A stretch of 42,379 nucleotides of DNA from Bacteroidia bacterium (GCA_031419815.1 JANOLM010000310.1:1-42379), one strand, 5' to 3'. Positions 1-10,158 are shown, counted from the first letter of the stretch. Numbers and translations are program-made. Notes: generated by a model not told the origin, from the letters alone.

Positions 1-111
1 CCCATGAGTCAAAAAGCCTACAAAGCGATGTTAGATCAGTCAAACGAAGATTATAAGCACGGAAGAGTAATAAGCCAAAAATCCTTAGAGAAAGAATCTG
101 AGAATTGGTAA
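1..111 (+). CDS. C-terminal part of a probable antitoxin (5' end probably outside the window)
   Basis: Frame 1 is open from base 1: PMSQKAYKAMLDQSNEDYKHGRVISQKSLEKESENW*. Stop TAA at 109-111 lies 1 nt before the toxin ATG. The 'D..G.VIS...LEKE..W' tail is typical of antitoxins upstream of RelE/ParE genes in Bacteroidota. Confidence 0.7.
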   Translation, partial: PMSQKAYKAMLDQSNEDYKHGRVISQKSLEKESENW

Positions 112-112
112 T

Positions 113-418
113 ATGAAAGTAATTTGGACTGAACTTGCGAAGTATAAATTGAAGGAAGCGTTTCAGTATTATAAAGAAGTAGCAGGTATTAAGGTTGCGA
201 ATTCAATCAAGGAAAAAATCTACGAGAAAACCAGGAAGCTCTCCCGTCATCCAGAGATCGGGCAGAAAGAGAACAATCCAATTGTTGTAGCATTAGATTA
301 TCGGTATTTGGTTTCGGGTAACTATAAAATTGTTTATCGCGTGATTAATACTGAAAAGATTATTTTGATTGCTGCCATATTTGACACCCGCCAAGATCCG
401 GATCAATTGGAAATATAA
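113..418 (+). CDS. Type II toxin-antitoxin system RelE/ParE family toxin
   Basis: 101 aa. MKVIWT..A...L start, L..HPEIG, YRYLVSGNYKIVYRV and IFDTRQDP are characteristic ParE/RelE motifs. Confidence 0.9.
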   Translation: MKVIWTELAKYKLKEAFQYYKEVAGIKVANSIKEKIYEKTRKLSRHPEIGQKENNPIVVALDYRYLVSGNYKIVYRVINTEKIILIAAIFDTRQDPDQLEI

Positions 419-435
419 TCGCCCTGACTTTTGTC

Positions 436-795
436 ATGAACAATGACCTTCTTCATATTGCGCGTCAGTGGCTCTCTGCCTTTAATGATCACAAACTTGA
501 GACATTACTCTCTTTGTATGCCGAAGATGCCGTGCATTATAGTCCTAAACTGAAATTGCGGCATCCTGAAACCAATGGTCTGATAAAAGGAAAAGAGAAC
601 TTACGTACTTGGTGGAAAGAGGCGTTTGACAGATTGCCAACTTTACAATATAAGGCGACTTCACTTACGGCCAATGCTGAAAGAGTCTTTATGGAATATA
701 TCAGGATTGTTCAAGGAGAAGAAAACATTTTAGTTGCGGAAGTCCTTGAAATAAAAAATGACCTGATTGTGGCTTCGCGGGTATATCATGGATAA
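436..795 (+). CDS. SnoaL-like / NTF2 family protein
   Basis: 119 aa. WLSAFNDHKLETLLSLYAEDAVHYSP...IKGKENLRTWW...SRVYHG pattern. Confidence 0.85.
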   Translation: MNNDLLHIARQWLSAFNDHKLETLLSLYAEDAVHYSPKLKLRHPETNGLIKGKENLRTWWKEAFDRLPTLQYKATSLTANAERVFMEYIRIVQGEENILVAEVLEIKNDLIVASRVYHG

Positions 796-936
796 ACTGC
801 CTGGTTGCTTACTTTGAAATCCTGGATGTAGGGCAACAACGCAAATCCTGCCGTTAGTAAAACAAACTCTTACGCATTCACCTTTTTATTTGCGAATGGA
901 GCGACTTTAAATTTACTTGAGGTAAAATTCTCAAGT

Positions 937-3423
937 ATGAAGAAAATACCCATTCTTATTTTCCTGTTAGTATCTCTAACGGTTATTGGTCAAAAGAAGA
1001 AAGATACGCAGGAAGCCACTGCTCAAGCAGTTGCCCCCTCTTCAGGAATCGATTCAAAAGTAGCCGGTATGAAGAAGTACTCGGGTTACTTTGATTATTA
1101 TTATGACGAAAAGCAGGATAAGGTATTTTTGGTTATTGATAAGTTCAATTCGGAATTTTTGTATGTGGAGGGTTTAACAGCCGGAGTAGGTTCTAACGAC
1201 ATTGGCCTTGATCGAAATCAACTTGGGCGCGACAGGATAGTGAAGTTTGACAGACGAGGGCCGAAAGTTTTGTTGATTGAACCTAACTACAGTTACCGGG
1301 CCATTACTGATAACGCTGCCGAGCGCAAGGCAGTTGAAGAGGCCTTCGCTCAATCAGTCCTTTGGGGATTTCCGGTAGTTGGAGAAGAGCCTGAAAAAGT
1401 ACTAGTAGATGCAACCGATTTTTTGATTCAAGATGTGCATGATGTTGTTGGTACACTTCGCACTACCCAACAGGGAAGTTATAGCCTGGACAAATCTCGC
1501 TCAGCCATGTACCTTCCACGAACAAAAAACTTTCCTGAAAATTCTGAATTTGAGGTCACGTTAAGTTTTACTGGACAACCAAGTGGTGGTTTTATCCGAA
1601 GTGTTGTGCCTACGCCTTCAAGTGTTACGGTTAGAGTGCACCATTCCTTTATAAAGTTGCCTGATAACAATTACAAACCCCGTAAGTTTGATCCGCGGGC
1701 TGGCTATTTCAATGCATCCTATTATGATTATGCAACTCCGATAAGCGAGTCAATTGAAAAGAGATTTATTACCCGCCATCGATTGGAGAAGAAAGATCCA
1801 TCGGCTGCAATAAGTGAACCGGTTGAACCGATTATTTATTATATGGATCCCGGAGCACCGGAGCCAATCCGATCTGCTTTAATGGAAGGTACAAGATGGT
1901 GGAACCAGGCATTTGAGGCGATCGGTTACAAAGATGCGTTTCGTGTTGAGTTACTTCCACCCGATGCGGATCCTATGGATGCCAGATATAACCTGATCAA
2001 TTGGGTACATAGGTCTACACGCGGATGGTCGTATGGAGGAGGAATAACAGATCCTCGGACAGGTGAAATTATTAAAGGTCATGTTGTGTTGGGTTCACTT
2101 CGTGTTCGCCAGGATTATTTAATTGCCGAGGGATTACTTGCGCCTTATGAAGAAGGCAAGCCAGTTTCGAAAGAGATGGAAAAAATGGCGCTAGATAGGT
2201 TAAGACAATTGGCGGCACATGAAGTTGGTCATACGATTGGACTTGCTCACGCTTATTCATCTAGTGCAGAGGAACGCGCCTCAGTAATGGACTATCCACA
2301 CCCACTAGTGAAACTTACAAATGGTAAAATTGATTTGAGCGATGCTTATGATCTTAAAATTGGTGCGTTCGATAAAGTTTCAATCGCTTATGGCTATCAG
2401 CATTTTCCAGACGGAACAGATGAAGACAAAGCACTGAATGACATTGTTCAAAATTCGTTAAAAGCCGGATTGACATTTTTGTCCGACCAAGACGCTCGTC
2501 CGTTGGGTGGCGCTCATCCGTATGCACATTTATGGGATAACGGTAAGGACGCTTCTGATGAACTCAACCGTATGTTAGAAATTCGCACTGTAGTGCTGAA
2601 AAATTTTGGTGAGCGTAATATCAAACTGGGCGCTCCGATGGCCACGCTTGAAGAGGTGTTGGTGCCCATGTATTTTTTTCATCGCTATCAAACCGAAGCT
2701 GCCGCTAAAGTGGTTGGCGGATTGAACTACCGATATGCTTTGCGTGGAGACGGACAGCTTATTACTGAGATTGTGTCTCCACAAAATCAAATCAAAGCCC
2801 TTGAGGCGTTAATGAAAACCCTTGATCCTTCCGTTCTTTCGTTGCCAGAAAATCTTTTAAAAATTATACCTCCACGACCATTAGGGTATTCGCGCCATCG
2901 CGAGGTAGTGAAAGTAAGAACGGAACTTACGTTCGATCCTCTTTCTGCAGCGGAGAGTGCAGCAGATATGACCATCGGATTAGTTCTTCATCCTGCCAGG
3001 GCGGCAAGGCTTCTGGAATATCATGCCCGCGATGCGCGGATGCCAAGCCTTGAAAGTGTGATGGATCGTTTGATTGCCATCACGTTTAAAGCGACCGCGA
3101 AAACTGGTTATGAAGGAGCCGTTCAGATTACAGTGAACAATGTTCTTCTCAATAACCTGATGAGGCTTGCCGTGAGTAAAGACGCCTCCACGCAAGTGAA
3201 AGGGATTGCATCCTTAGAAGTGATTAAATTGAAAGTCTGGCTTGAAGCCAAAGTCAAATTGACGGTTGACGAAGATTGGAAAGCTCATTATCTTTTTGCG
3301 CTGAAACAAATCAATACATTTCAAGATGACCCTGACGAGTTTAAAGCTGAAAATTTGGTAGGGCTTCCTCCAGGTGCGCCTATTGGTGATTATGATTTGG
3401 AGTACTGTGATAATCATGATTAG
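937..3423 (+). CDS. Secreted zinc-dependent metalloprotease (DUF5117/DUF4953, EcxA-like met-zincin)
   Basis: Sec signal peptide, extended zinc motif HEVGHTIGLAH, Met-turn SVMDY, and family motifs PR.FDPRAGYF and DPRTGEIIKGHV. Confidence 0.9.
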   Translation: MKKIPILIFLLVSLTVIGQKKKDTQEATAQAVAPSSGIDSKVAGMKKYSGYFDYYYDEKQDKVFLVIDKFNSEFLYVEGLTAGVGSNDIGLDRNQLGRDRIVKFDRRGPKVLLIEPNYSYRAITDNAAERKAVEEAFAQSVLWGFPVVGEEPEKVLVDATDFLIQDVHDVVGTLRTTQQGSYSLDKSRSAMYLPRTKNFPENSEFEVTLSFTGQPSGGFIRSVVPTPSSVTVRVHHSFIKLPDNNYKPRKFDPRAGYFNASYYDYATPISESIEKRFITRHRLEKKDPSAAISEPVEPIIYYMDPGAPEPIRSALMEGTRWWNQAFEAIGYKDAFRVELLPPDADPMDARYNLINWVHRSTRGWSYGGGITDPRTGEIIKGHVVLGSLRVRQDYLIAEGLLAPYEEGKPVSKEMEKMALDRLRQLAAHEVGHTIGLAHAYSSSAEERASVMDYPHPLVKLTNGKIDLSDAYDLKIGAFDKVSIAYGYQHFPDGTDEDKALNDIVQNSLKAGLTFLSDQDARPLGGAHPYAHLWDNGKDASDELNRMLEIRTVVLKNFGERNIKLGAPMATLEEVLVPMYFFHRYQTEAAAKVVGGLNYRYALRGDGQLITEIVSPQNQIKALEALMKTLDPSVLSLPENLLKIIPPRPLGYSRHREVVKVRTELTFDPLSAAESAADMTIGLVLHPARAARLLEYHARDARMPSLESVMDRLIAITFKATAKTGYEGAVQITVNNVLLNNLMRLAVSKDASTQVKGIASLEVIKLKVWLEAKVKLTVDEDWKAHYLFALKQINTFQDDPDEFKAENLVGLPPGAPIGDYDLEYCDNHD

Positions 3424-3521
3424 AGCATCTCTTGATATAACAAAGCACTGAAAGTTCAAATACAACTCTTCGCTTAACTCACTTTTCTGGAAGATAAAGG
3501 AAGAGGAGTTTATTCCGTAAA

Positions 3522-3774
3522 GGGCATCTGCAAAAACCTTGCCTTTTGACCACCTCATCCCCTGCCTGTCCGGCTCAATCCTTCAACCAATGAACTCAGT
3601 GTCACCTCACCCCCACCAAGACTGAGAGGGGTGACGACTCCCTTCTCCTCAGGAGAAGGGTTGGGGATGAGGTGATAAAAGGCATAAATCTTTATGTTCA
3701 TGTTCTCCTTTTTAAAATCCCACTTTATACTATCCTCCAAATGGAGAAGGTCAAAAGGAGTTTTTAGAGATGCC
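3522..3774. mobile_element. MITE/REP-like element with terminal inverted repeats, expanded by nested REP-like hairpins (copy 1)
   Basis: Ends GGGCATCTGCAAAAAC ... GTTTTTAGAGATGCC. Left part (CCTTTTGACCACCTCATC) and right part (GGAGAAGGTCAAAAGGAGTTTTT) are shared with the 89-bp element at 30792-30880. Internal IR 3540-3562/3663-3684 and hairpin CCCTTCTCC-TCA-GGAGAAGGG. Confidence 0.7.
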
Positions 3775-3775
3775 G

Positions 3776-3810
3776 AAAGAAAAGTCCCTGGAAAAGTATG
3801 AGCAGTGACT
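3776..3810 (-). terminator. Possible intrinsic terminator of the TPR-CHAT gene
   Basis: Minus strand AGTCACTG-N12-CAGGGACT (one mismatch) followed by TTTCTTT, directly after the stop codon. Confidence 0.4.
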
Positions 3811-3814
3811 CAAA

Positions 3815-6800
3815 CTATTCCCCCACCATAACAAACGCTCCCCAATAAAAAGGTGCAGAATATTTAATTCGAAGTTCCTGTTGTGCTTGAAGGAAGGCAG
3901 CGTGTTTGTCCATGCCCTTCAGCCAGTTGGTATAGAAATTATTCATAAGTTGCTGTGTGGCTTCATCATCTACATTCCACAAACTCATGATGATGGTTTT
4001 CGCACCCGCCACCAGAAAAGCACGTTGCAAACCAAAAACACCCTCTCCATTTTTAACTGTCCCCAAGCCTGTTTCGCAAGCAGATAAGACAACCAGTTCT
4101 GTGTCTTCGAGTGACATATTCATGGCTTCGTATGCTGTAAGAATACCATCTTCACCACCCCCGGCAGTATTTGCACTTGCCAGGATAAGACCGGATAGAA
4201 AAAGAGGATTGTCTAAAAACTTACTTTGATCTGCTGAAGTGATGGAAAGCTCGCCATCATCTAAAAAGAAACCGTGCGTGGCGATGTGTAGTATAGATGG
4301 ACTTTTTATTTTTTTTATTTCGGCTTCATTGGCCTGTCGTGCCAGTAAAGTAGTTGATGGGGTGCCATAGGTTTTAAATTCTTTGGCAATGTTTTCAACT
4401 TCAATTTTGGTTGCCGGCAAAGACGGAATGCCATCGCTACGCAAAAATCCTCGTAGCAATCCTGAACGTAGCGAACGGTTCAAAGCTCTTGAAGACCGCT
4501 CTGCTGTAGCTTCTTGTTCGGGTTGGTCAAGGCTAAGTGTTTGGTAGTCCGGGAAACCGAAGAGATATGCGCCTGATTTACTTTTTCTTTGTTTGGGCTG
4601 CTCCAAAATATCACGCGTATTTGTTTTCAGATCAAGAGTTATTTCATCCGCCAGATATTTTGATGTCTTACTATTGTAGAGGGTATTGGGATTGATTTGA
4701 CTAAAGACCCCGTCTGGACTAAAAAAAACTTTAGTGATACCATTGAGCTCATCACGTAAAGGCTTCCAAAAAACATTGTAGCTGATGGTATCAGGCATTT
4801 GGAATTTGATAGCATTGCGATAAAAGTTGAGCATGCGCCCTTCCATTTGTCCGCCTGATGCCCACCGAAAAACGCGTGGACCGGTTTTGGTTTCTGGGGT
4901 AAGGATCAACGCAATGTAATTAACACGGCCTGTGAAGTAGCCCTCTTCTTCCTGAGAATATGTTCGAAAACGCAGAACTTCAATAGCCGCCTCACCGGGT
5001 TTTAACTTTGCTTGTACTTGTTTCCAGGAATATGTTTTACGGACAAATACATTTTTAAATTCGGCTGATTTCAACACCAGTACTTTTTCCAGAACATTCG
5101 CACGGTTGCTTAATGAGTCGCCTAATTTTAGAGCTTCGTCACTGCCTTCACCATACGCTTTTGCCAATTGCTCTTTCAAGGAAACCCAAGTGTCGTATTG
5201 GCTAATGAGCTCTGGATTATTGCTTTGCATAATCGCTTGCTTTACTTTTTGGGTAGCATAAAAAATAATCCCTTTCGTGTTCAGCGAGAGATCATACAGG
5301 CTTCCTAATTGGGTGGGGTTGTTACTAAGGCGATCGAGTACAAAACTGACATAGGCTTCCTGATCAATCTTGAATTTGCTGAAATAGAATTTTGATTTTT
5401 CTTCCTCACTCAGTATTGGAAAATAATCGTCAATCTGGGCATAGTAATTATTGACAAGTTCATTAAAATAGCCCGTGGCTTTGGTCGGCTTGTTATCATG
5501 CCATTCCGTAAGGGCAAGTTTTTGCAATACTTCTCCATATCTGGGATGACGGGCACCCAATAATTTCTTCCGCAACATCAGGGCTTTTTGAAGGTAAGGT
5601 TTCGAGTCAGGAGAATTTTTTCCCATCAGGGCTTTACCAATGTTGAACTGAGTAGTGCTATACTCTAAACTTCCTTCACCAAGCTCTTTTAAGAAAATAG
5701 CATCGGCCTGCCGATAGAGGATCAATGCGCTATCATATTGGCCTTCTGATTTGTAGGTGTTGGCAATGTTGTTGAGCCGCGAAGCCTCATCAATGCTTTG
5801 GACACCATTGGTAGTAATGGCTATTTGCACTGCTCTGAGAAGCAGCCTCCTTGCTTCTGCTGTTTGCCCTTGGCTGATTAACGTGTTGGCAAGGTTGGTC
5901 AACGTTTTGGCATAGTCAGGATGTTGAGTGCCAAAGGCAATGCTATCGTGACGCAACACGAGCTTATAAAGTTGAATTGCATTTTCATAAAGAGATAAAG
6001 AGTGTAACGCATAGGCTCGGTTGTTTAGGGTAGAATAATAGGCTGCTTCAACTTCAGCATTATCAAGCTGGCTGCGGTAAAAATTTTCGGCTGCTGAAAA
6101 AAGTTTTTCGGCTTCCGGTATACGTCCTTGATTGACATATAGATTGCCCATGTTCACCGAAACATTATTGACGTTGAGAGAGGCATTACCCTCTGCTGAC
6201 CTTAAAATCTTAAGCGACTCCTGAAAGAATTTTTCAGAACGTGTATATTCTCCCGTTAGGTTATGAATGTCTGCGTATTTATTTAAGATAAGTGCATACT
6301 CAGTTTCTTTTTTATTAAAATTATTCATCCCTGCAGTGGCGGTATTTTTGGCGGCCTGCACATTTCCCAAGTTAATGAGCACATCCAGGTAGAAGGAGAG
6401 AGACTGGGCATATTCAGCAGAACCATTTCCAAACAACTTTTCATCTACCATCAACAATTCTTCGCCTCTCATGCGGGTCTCTCGATAGCGTCCGACAAGG
6501 CTGTATGTGTTAGTGAGGTTAAATAAAATTGAGCTGTAGGATTCTGTTTCGACTTGATTCAGTGCCAGCCGAAGAGTTCGTTCTTGTTCCCAATATTGGA
6601 TAGCTTGATCGTATTGTTCAGTGTTATAATAAGCTTCTGCAAAAATACTGACGGTGGCTGCGGAAAGTGTGTCTTGCCTGTTTTCCGTAAGTGGTATAAC
6701 TTGTTTTTCTTGAGCTATTATTTGATTATAGTTTTGTGCTTTCGCTAAAGCATCTAGCTGCGGATAGCGTTGCTCCAATGTTTGGCTGAAGGAGAAGAGT

Positions 6801-6841
6801 GAAGTAAAACAAAGCGTTGCAATGAAAAAGTATATTTTCAT
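3815..6841 (-). CDS. Secreted TPR-repeat + CHAT domain (caspase-like, clan CD) protein
   Basis: Signal peptide MKIYFFIATLCFTSLFSFSQ (ATG 6841 preferred; 6850 and 6862 are alternatives). Tandem TPRs (HPDYAKTLTNLAN, RLNNIAN, LGARHPRYG). Intact CHAT His/Cys dyad ILHIATHGFF and VVLSACETGLG; C-terminal PFYWGAFVMVG. Confidence 0.92.
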   Translation of the reverse strand: MKIYFFIATLCFTSLFSFSQTLEQRYPQLDALAKAQNYNQIIAQEKQVIPLTENRQDTLSAATVSIFAEAYYNTEQYDQAIQYWEQERTLRLALNQVETESYSSILFNLTNTYSLVGRYRETRMRGEELLMVDEKLFGNGSAEYAQSLSFYLDVLINLGNVQAAKNTATAGMNNFNKKETEYALILNKYADIHNLTGEYTRSEKFFQESLKILRSAEGNASLNVNNVSVNMGNLYVNQGRIPEAEKLFSAAENFYRSQLDNAEVEAAYYSTLNNRAYALHSLSLYENAIQLYKLVLRHDSIAFGTQHPDYAKTLTNLANTLISQGQTAEARRLLLRAVQIAITTNGVQSIDEASRLNNIANTYKSEGQYDSALILYRQADAIFLKELGEGSLEYSTTQFNIGKALMGKNSPDSKPYLQKALMLRKKLLGARHPRYGEVLQKLALTEWHDNKPTKATGYFNELVNNYYAQIDDYFPILSEEEKSKFYFSKFKIDQEAYVSFVLDRLSNNPTQLGSLYDLSLNTKGIIFYATQKVKQAIMQSNNPELISQYDTWVSLKEQLAKAYGEGSDEALKLGDSLSNRANVLEKVLVLKSAEFKNVFVRKTYSWKQVQAKLKPGEAAIEVLRFRTYSQEEEGYFTGRVNYIALILTPETKTGPRVFRWASGGQMEGRMLNFYRNAIKFQMPDTISYNVFWKPLRDELNGITKVFFSPDGVFSQINPNTLYNSKTSKYLADEITLDLKTNTRDILEQPKQRKSKSGAYLFGFPDYQTLSLDQPEQEATAERSSRALNRSLRSGLLRGFLRSDGIPSLPATKIEVENIAKEFKTYGTPSTTLLARQANEAEIKKIKSPSILHIATHGFFLDDGELSITSADQSKFLDNPLFLSGLILASANTAGGGEDGILTAYEAMNMSLEDTELVVLSACETGLGTVKNGEGVFGLQRAFLVAGAKTIIMSLWNVDDEATQQLMNNFYTNWLKGMDKHAAFLQAQQELRIKYSAPFYWGAFVMVGE

Positions 6842-6885
6842 ATTGTTCATAAGTGGCAACAAGATACTATTATGATTTACTAATG

Positions 6886-6909
6886 AAAATACCGTGAAAA
6901 GGGTATTCG
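6886..6909. promoter_or_regulatory. Palindromic operator AAAATACC-N8-GGTATT (candidate NarL-type response regulator site) upstream of TPR-CHAT / susC
   Basis: AATACC(6888-6893)-GTGAAAAG-GGTATT(6902-6907). On the minus strand it lies 19 nt upstream of the -7-like element TATCTTG (6866-6860). Same motif at 14368 and 14235. Confidence 0.6.
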
Positions 6910-7050
6910 GGAGTAATTTTTAAATTGTTTCCTCCATTTTTAAGGAGATAGTTAATGAATCGATGTTATATTGAATATGTTATTTTCTTTTTTAGAATTT
7001 ATTCCTACTTTGGTATTCTAAAAATTAATTTTAAATCTAAACCTTAAACT

Positions 7051-10000
7051 ATGAAGAAGTTTTTACTACTATACTTCTCATTCGTTTTTGTGCTCAGTGC
7101 ATGGGCGCAGGAACGGGTAGTATCTGGTAAAGTGACAGCTCAAGAAGATGCTTCATCTTTACCTGGCGTGAACGTGGTGCTGAAAGGCACTACCATTGGA
7201 ACTGTTACTGATTCGGACGGGAAATATTCTCTTTCCGTACCGGCTAATGCAGGCAGTCTTGTTTTTTCTTTCATTGGCTTAAAAACCATTGAAGTTGAAA
7301 TTGGAGAGAGAACAGTTGTTGATATCCAACTTGGATTAGACATCACCCAATTGTCGGAAATTGTTGTGGTTGGCTACGGCAGTCAAATTAAACAAGACCT
7401 AACTGGAAACATTGCCAGTGTAAAAGGTGAAGTTCTTAAAGGCATACCCGTTCCAAGTTTTGAACAAGCACTTCAAGGCCGTGCTGCAGGTGTTTTTGTA
7501 GAAGCGGGAAACGGAAAGCTTGGCCAAGGTATTAAAGTCCGTATCCGTGGATCCTCTTCTGTTTCAGCTAGTAATGAGCCACTTTATGTAGTAGATGGTG
7601 TGCCAATTACCTCCCAAAATTTATCCAGTTCAACTGCGGCCACTAATCCATTAGTAGATATTAACCCTAACGATATTGAATCGGTGGATATTTTAAAGGA
7701 TGCCTCCGCAGCTGCTATTTACGGATCAAGGGCTGCGAATGGTGTCGTTTTAATTACTACTAAACGTGGAAAGTCTGGTAAAACAAACTTTAACTTGGGC
7801 TATTTTGTAGGAACTAGTTCCCCTACAAATAAGAGGCAGTGGTTAAACACAGCCGAATTTGTTGAACTTTTTACGGAGGCGAATGGAGGCCTTACCCCTA
7901 GTTTGATAAATCGATTTAATCGCTATGGGGCAGCACCGTCCACTCAAGCTTCTGGCGTTGCACATGACTCGTGGGCAACACCCGGTGCGTCAGGGTATGT
8001 TGATACAAATTGGGAGGATCAAGTTTATAACAAAGATGCGGGTATTTCCCAATTGGATTTAAGTATTAATGGTGGGACTGAGAAAACTAAGTTTTTTATT
8101 TCTGGAGGGCGTACCAATCAAACTGGTATTCTGGTGGCCAATAGTCTCGATCGCCTCAATGGAAGGGTAAATCTAGACCATCAGGCAACTGAAAGGTTAA
8201 GTTTAGGCATAAATTTTAGTGTGAGCAGGACAATTAACAAACGCCTTTCTGATGATAACGCGTTTTCTACACCTATGCAAATTATTGCACTATCTCCGAT
8301 GACCCCAATTATCGATCCGCGGACTAATTTGCCTAGTGGTGCATTAGACTTGGTTACTGGTAGACCTAACACCAATTTTCCGCTTTATTATAATCCTTTA
8401 TTGAATAAGGAATATGGGTCAAGACCAACAACGGTATTTAGAAATTTAGGATCTGCTTATGCAGCATACAAAATTACAGAAGGACTTACATTCCGTACTG
8501 AATTTGGTTACGACTTACTTTTCCAAAATGAAGAACAATATTTTGGAAAAGAAACCTCTAGGAATCAAGCTACGCCTAACGGATTTGGTTATAATGCCTA
8601 CACGCAAGTTTTCAATTACAACACCAATAACTTTCTTCGGTATACCAAGACTTTCAACGAAGTACACAATCTGGAAGCCATCGGTGGTTTGAGCTACCAA
8701 GAATCAAACACCAAATTCAATAGTGTATCTGGCCAGCAGTTCCCGAGTAATGCCTACCAGAAAGTAACTTCTGCTGCTAGTATAACGGCTGGATCATCTA
8801 CTGAAACTGCATTTAGTTTCTTGTCCTATTTCGGAAGGGCAAACTATAAATTAAAGAATAGATACTTATTGGCCTTGAGTGGACGGGTTGATGGATCATC
8901 ACGTTTTGGTTCCGAGAAGCGCTATGGATTCTTTCCGGCTGCCTCGGTAGGTTGGATATTGACTGAAGAAAGTTTCTTTAAAGAATCAAAAAGTTTCGTT
9001 GAATTTTTAAAACTAAGAGCCAGCTATGGAATTACCGGTAACGCAGAAATTGGTAATTTCCCTTCTGCTGGCCTATTTTCAGGAGATGCAGGATATGCAG
9101 GTATCCCGGGACAGCGCCCTTCACAATTGCCTAATCCAAACTTGAAATGGGAAGAGACAGCGCAGACAGATATTGGTATTGATTTCGGTTTTTTTAACAG
9201 CCGTATCACCGGTCAGTTAGATTACTACATTAAGAATACTTCCGATCTGCTACTCAACGTAAATCTTCCGGGCAATTCAGGTTACCGCACTCAAACCCGT
9301 AATGTTGGAACGCTAGAAAACAAAGGGTTTGAAATAGTCATCAATTCAGAGAACTTGGTTGGTAATTTTAAATGGAATACAAGTTTAAACTATGCAAAAA
9401 ACGTAAACAAGATTGTGAATTTGGATAAGCAGGTTATTACTGGTTCATTTTTAAGCCGGACACAAGAAGGCGAATCAATTGGTATTTTCTATGGGCCCAG
9501 ATATGCAGGGGTAGATCCAGCCAATGGTGATGCTTTGTATGATATCGTTAATCTGGATGGTTCCGTTACAAAGACTAACGACTACAATGCAGCCACCCAA
9601 CAAAAATTGGGGAACTCTAACCCTGATTTTATTGCAGGTATCACTAATAACCTTTCCTTCAAAGGCATTGAGCTAAGTTTCCTTTTTCAAGGTGTTTTTG
9701 GTAATAAAGTTTACAATGGTGGAGGAAAATTCATGAGTGCGAACGGGGACTTCTTTGACAATCAAAGCAAGGATCAGTTGAAGCGTTGGAAAAATCCTGG
9801 AGATATAACAGATGTGCCCCAGGCTAGGCTTTTTGGGGGTAATGGTGTGGGAGAATCTTCTCGTTATCTTTCTGATGCGACATACATCCGGTTAAGGACT
9901 ATTACTTTGAGCTATAACCTTCCAATTTCTATTATTAACAAGTTAAGGCTAAATAAACTCAGAGTGTACGCAAGTGCCCAAAACCTGTGGACGATTACCG

Positions 10001-10146
10001 ACTACAAGAGTTGGGACCCTGAAGTAAATTCAGATTCCTATGACGTTAATGCAAATGGCTCACCTAATAGTACCAATCAGGGTATTGATTTTTATTCTGC
10101 CCCACAAGCAAAGACAATTACGTTTGGGGTAAACATTGGCTTTTAA
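7051..10146 (+). CDS. susC: SusC/RagA family TonB-dependent outer membrane transporter
   Basis: CarboxypepD_reg-like N-terminus (LPGVNVVLKGTT.GTVTD.DG.Y), plug motif DASAAAIYGSRAANGVVLITTKRG, NPNLKWEET, and terminal Phe (GVNIGF). Confidence 0.97.
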   Translation: MKKFLLLYFSFVFVLSAWAQERVVSGKVTAQEDASSLPGVNVVLKGTTIGTVTDSDGKYSLSVPANAGSLVFSFIGLKTIEVEIGERTVVDIQLGLDITQLSEIVVVGYGSQIKQDLTGNIASVKGEVLKGIPVPSFEQALQGRAAGVFVEAGNGKLGQGIKVRIRGSSSVSASNEPLYVVDGVPITSQNLSSSTAATNPLVDINPNDIESVDILKDASAAAIYGSRAANGVVLITTKRGKSGKTNFNLGYFVGTSSPTNKRQWLNTAEFVELFTEANGGLTPSLINRFNRYGAAPSTQASGVAHDSWATPGASGYVDTNWEDQVYNKDAGISQLDLSINGGTEKTKFFISGGRTNQTGILVANSLDRLNGRVNLDHQATERLSLGINFSVSRTINKRLSDDNAFSTPMQIIALSPMTPIIDPRTNLPSGALDLVTGRPNTNFPLYYNPLLNKEYGSRPTTVFRNLGSAYAAYKITEGLTFRTEFGYDLLFQNEEQYFGKETSRNQATPNGFGYNAYTQVFNYNTNNFLRYTKTFNEVHNLEAIGGLSYQESNTKFNSVSGQQFPSNAYQKVTSAASITAGSSTETAFSFLSYFGRANYKLKNRYLLALSGRVDGSSRFGSEKRYGFFPAASVGWILTEESFFKESKSFVEFLKLRASYGITGNAEIGNFPSAGLFSGDAGYAGIPGQRPSQLPNPNLKWEETAQTDIGIDFGFFNSRITGQLDYYIKNTSDLLLNVNLPGNSGYRTQTRNVGTLENKGFEIVINSENLVGNFKWNTSLNYAKNVNKIVNLDKQVITGSFLSRTQEGESIGIFYGPRYAGVDPANGDALYDIVNLDGSVTKTNDYNAATQQKLGNSNPDFIAGITNNLSFKGIELSFLFQGVFGNKVYNGGGKFMSANGDFFDNQSKDQLKRWKNPGDITDVPQARLFGGNGVGESSRYLSDATYIRLRTITLSYNLPISIINKLRLNKLRVYASAQNLWTITDYKSWDPEVNSDSYDVNANGSPNSTNQGIDFYSAPQAKTITFGVNIGF

Positions 10147-10158
10147 ACTAAATGAATT

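Noticed and set aside
3555-3740. 61-aa minus-strand ORF
   Set aside because: It lies wholly within the nested repeat; HLIPNPSPEEKG is a translation of the REP-like hairpin.
3777-3790. 14-nt match AAGAAAAGTCCCTG to the reverse complement of 26816-26829
   Set aside because: Both are terminator arms with T-tracts; convergence is sufficient explanation.
3815-6841. TPR-CHAT as type III-E CRISPR Craspase (Csx29) or anti-phage caspase system
   Set aside because: No cas7-11, csx30/31, array, NTPase or gasdermin-like neighbour is present, and the protein has a signal peptide.
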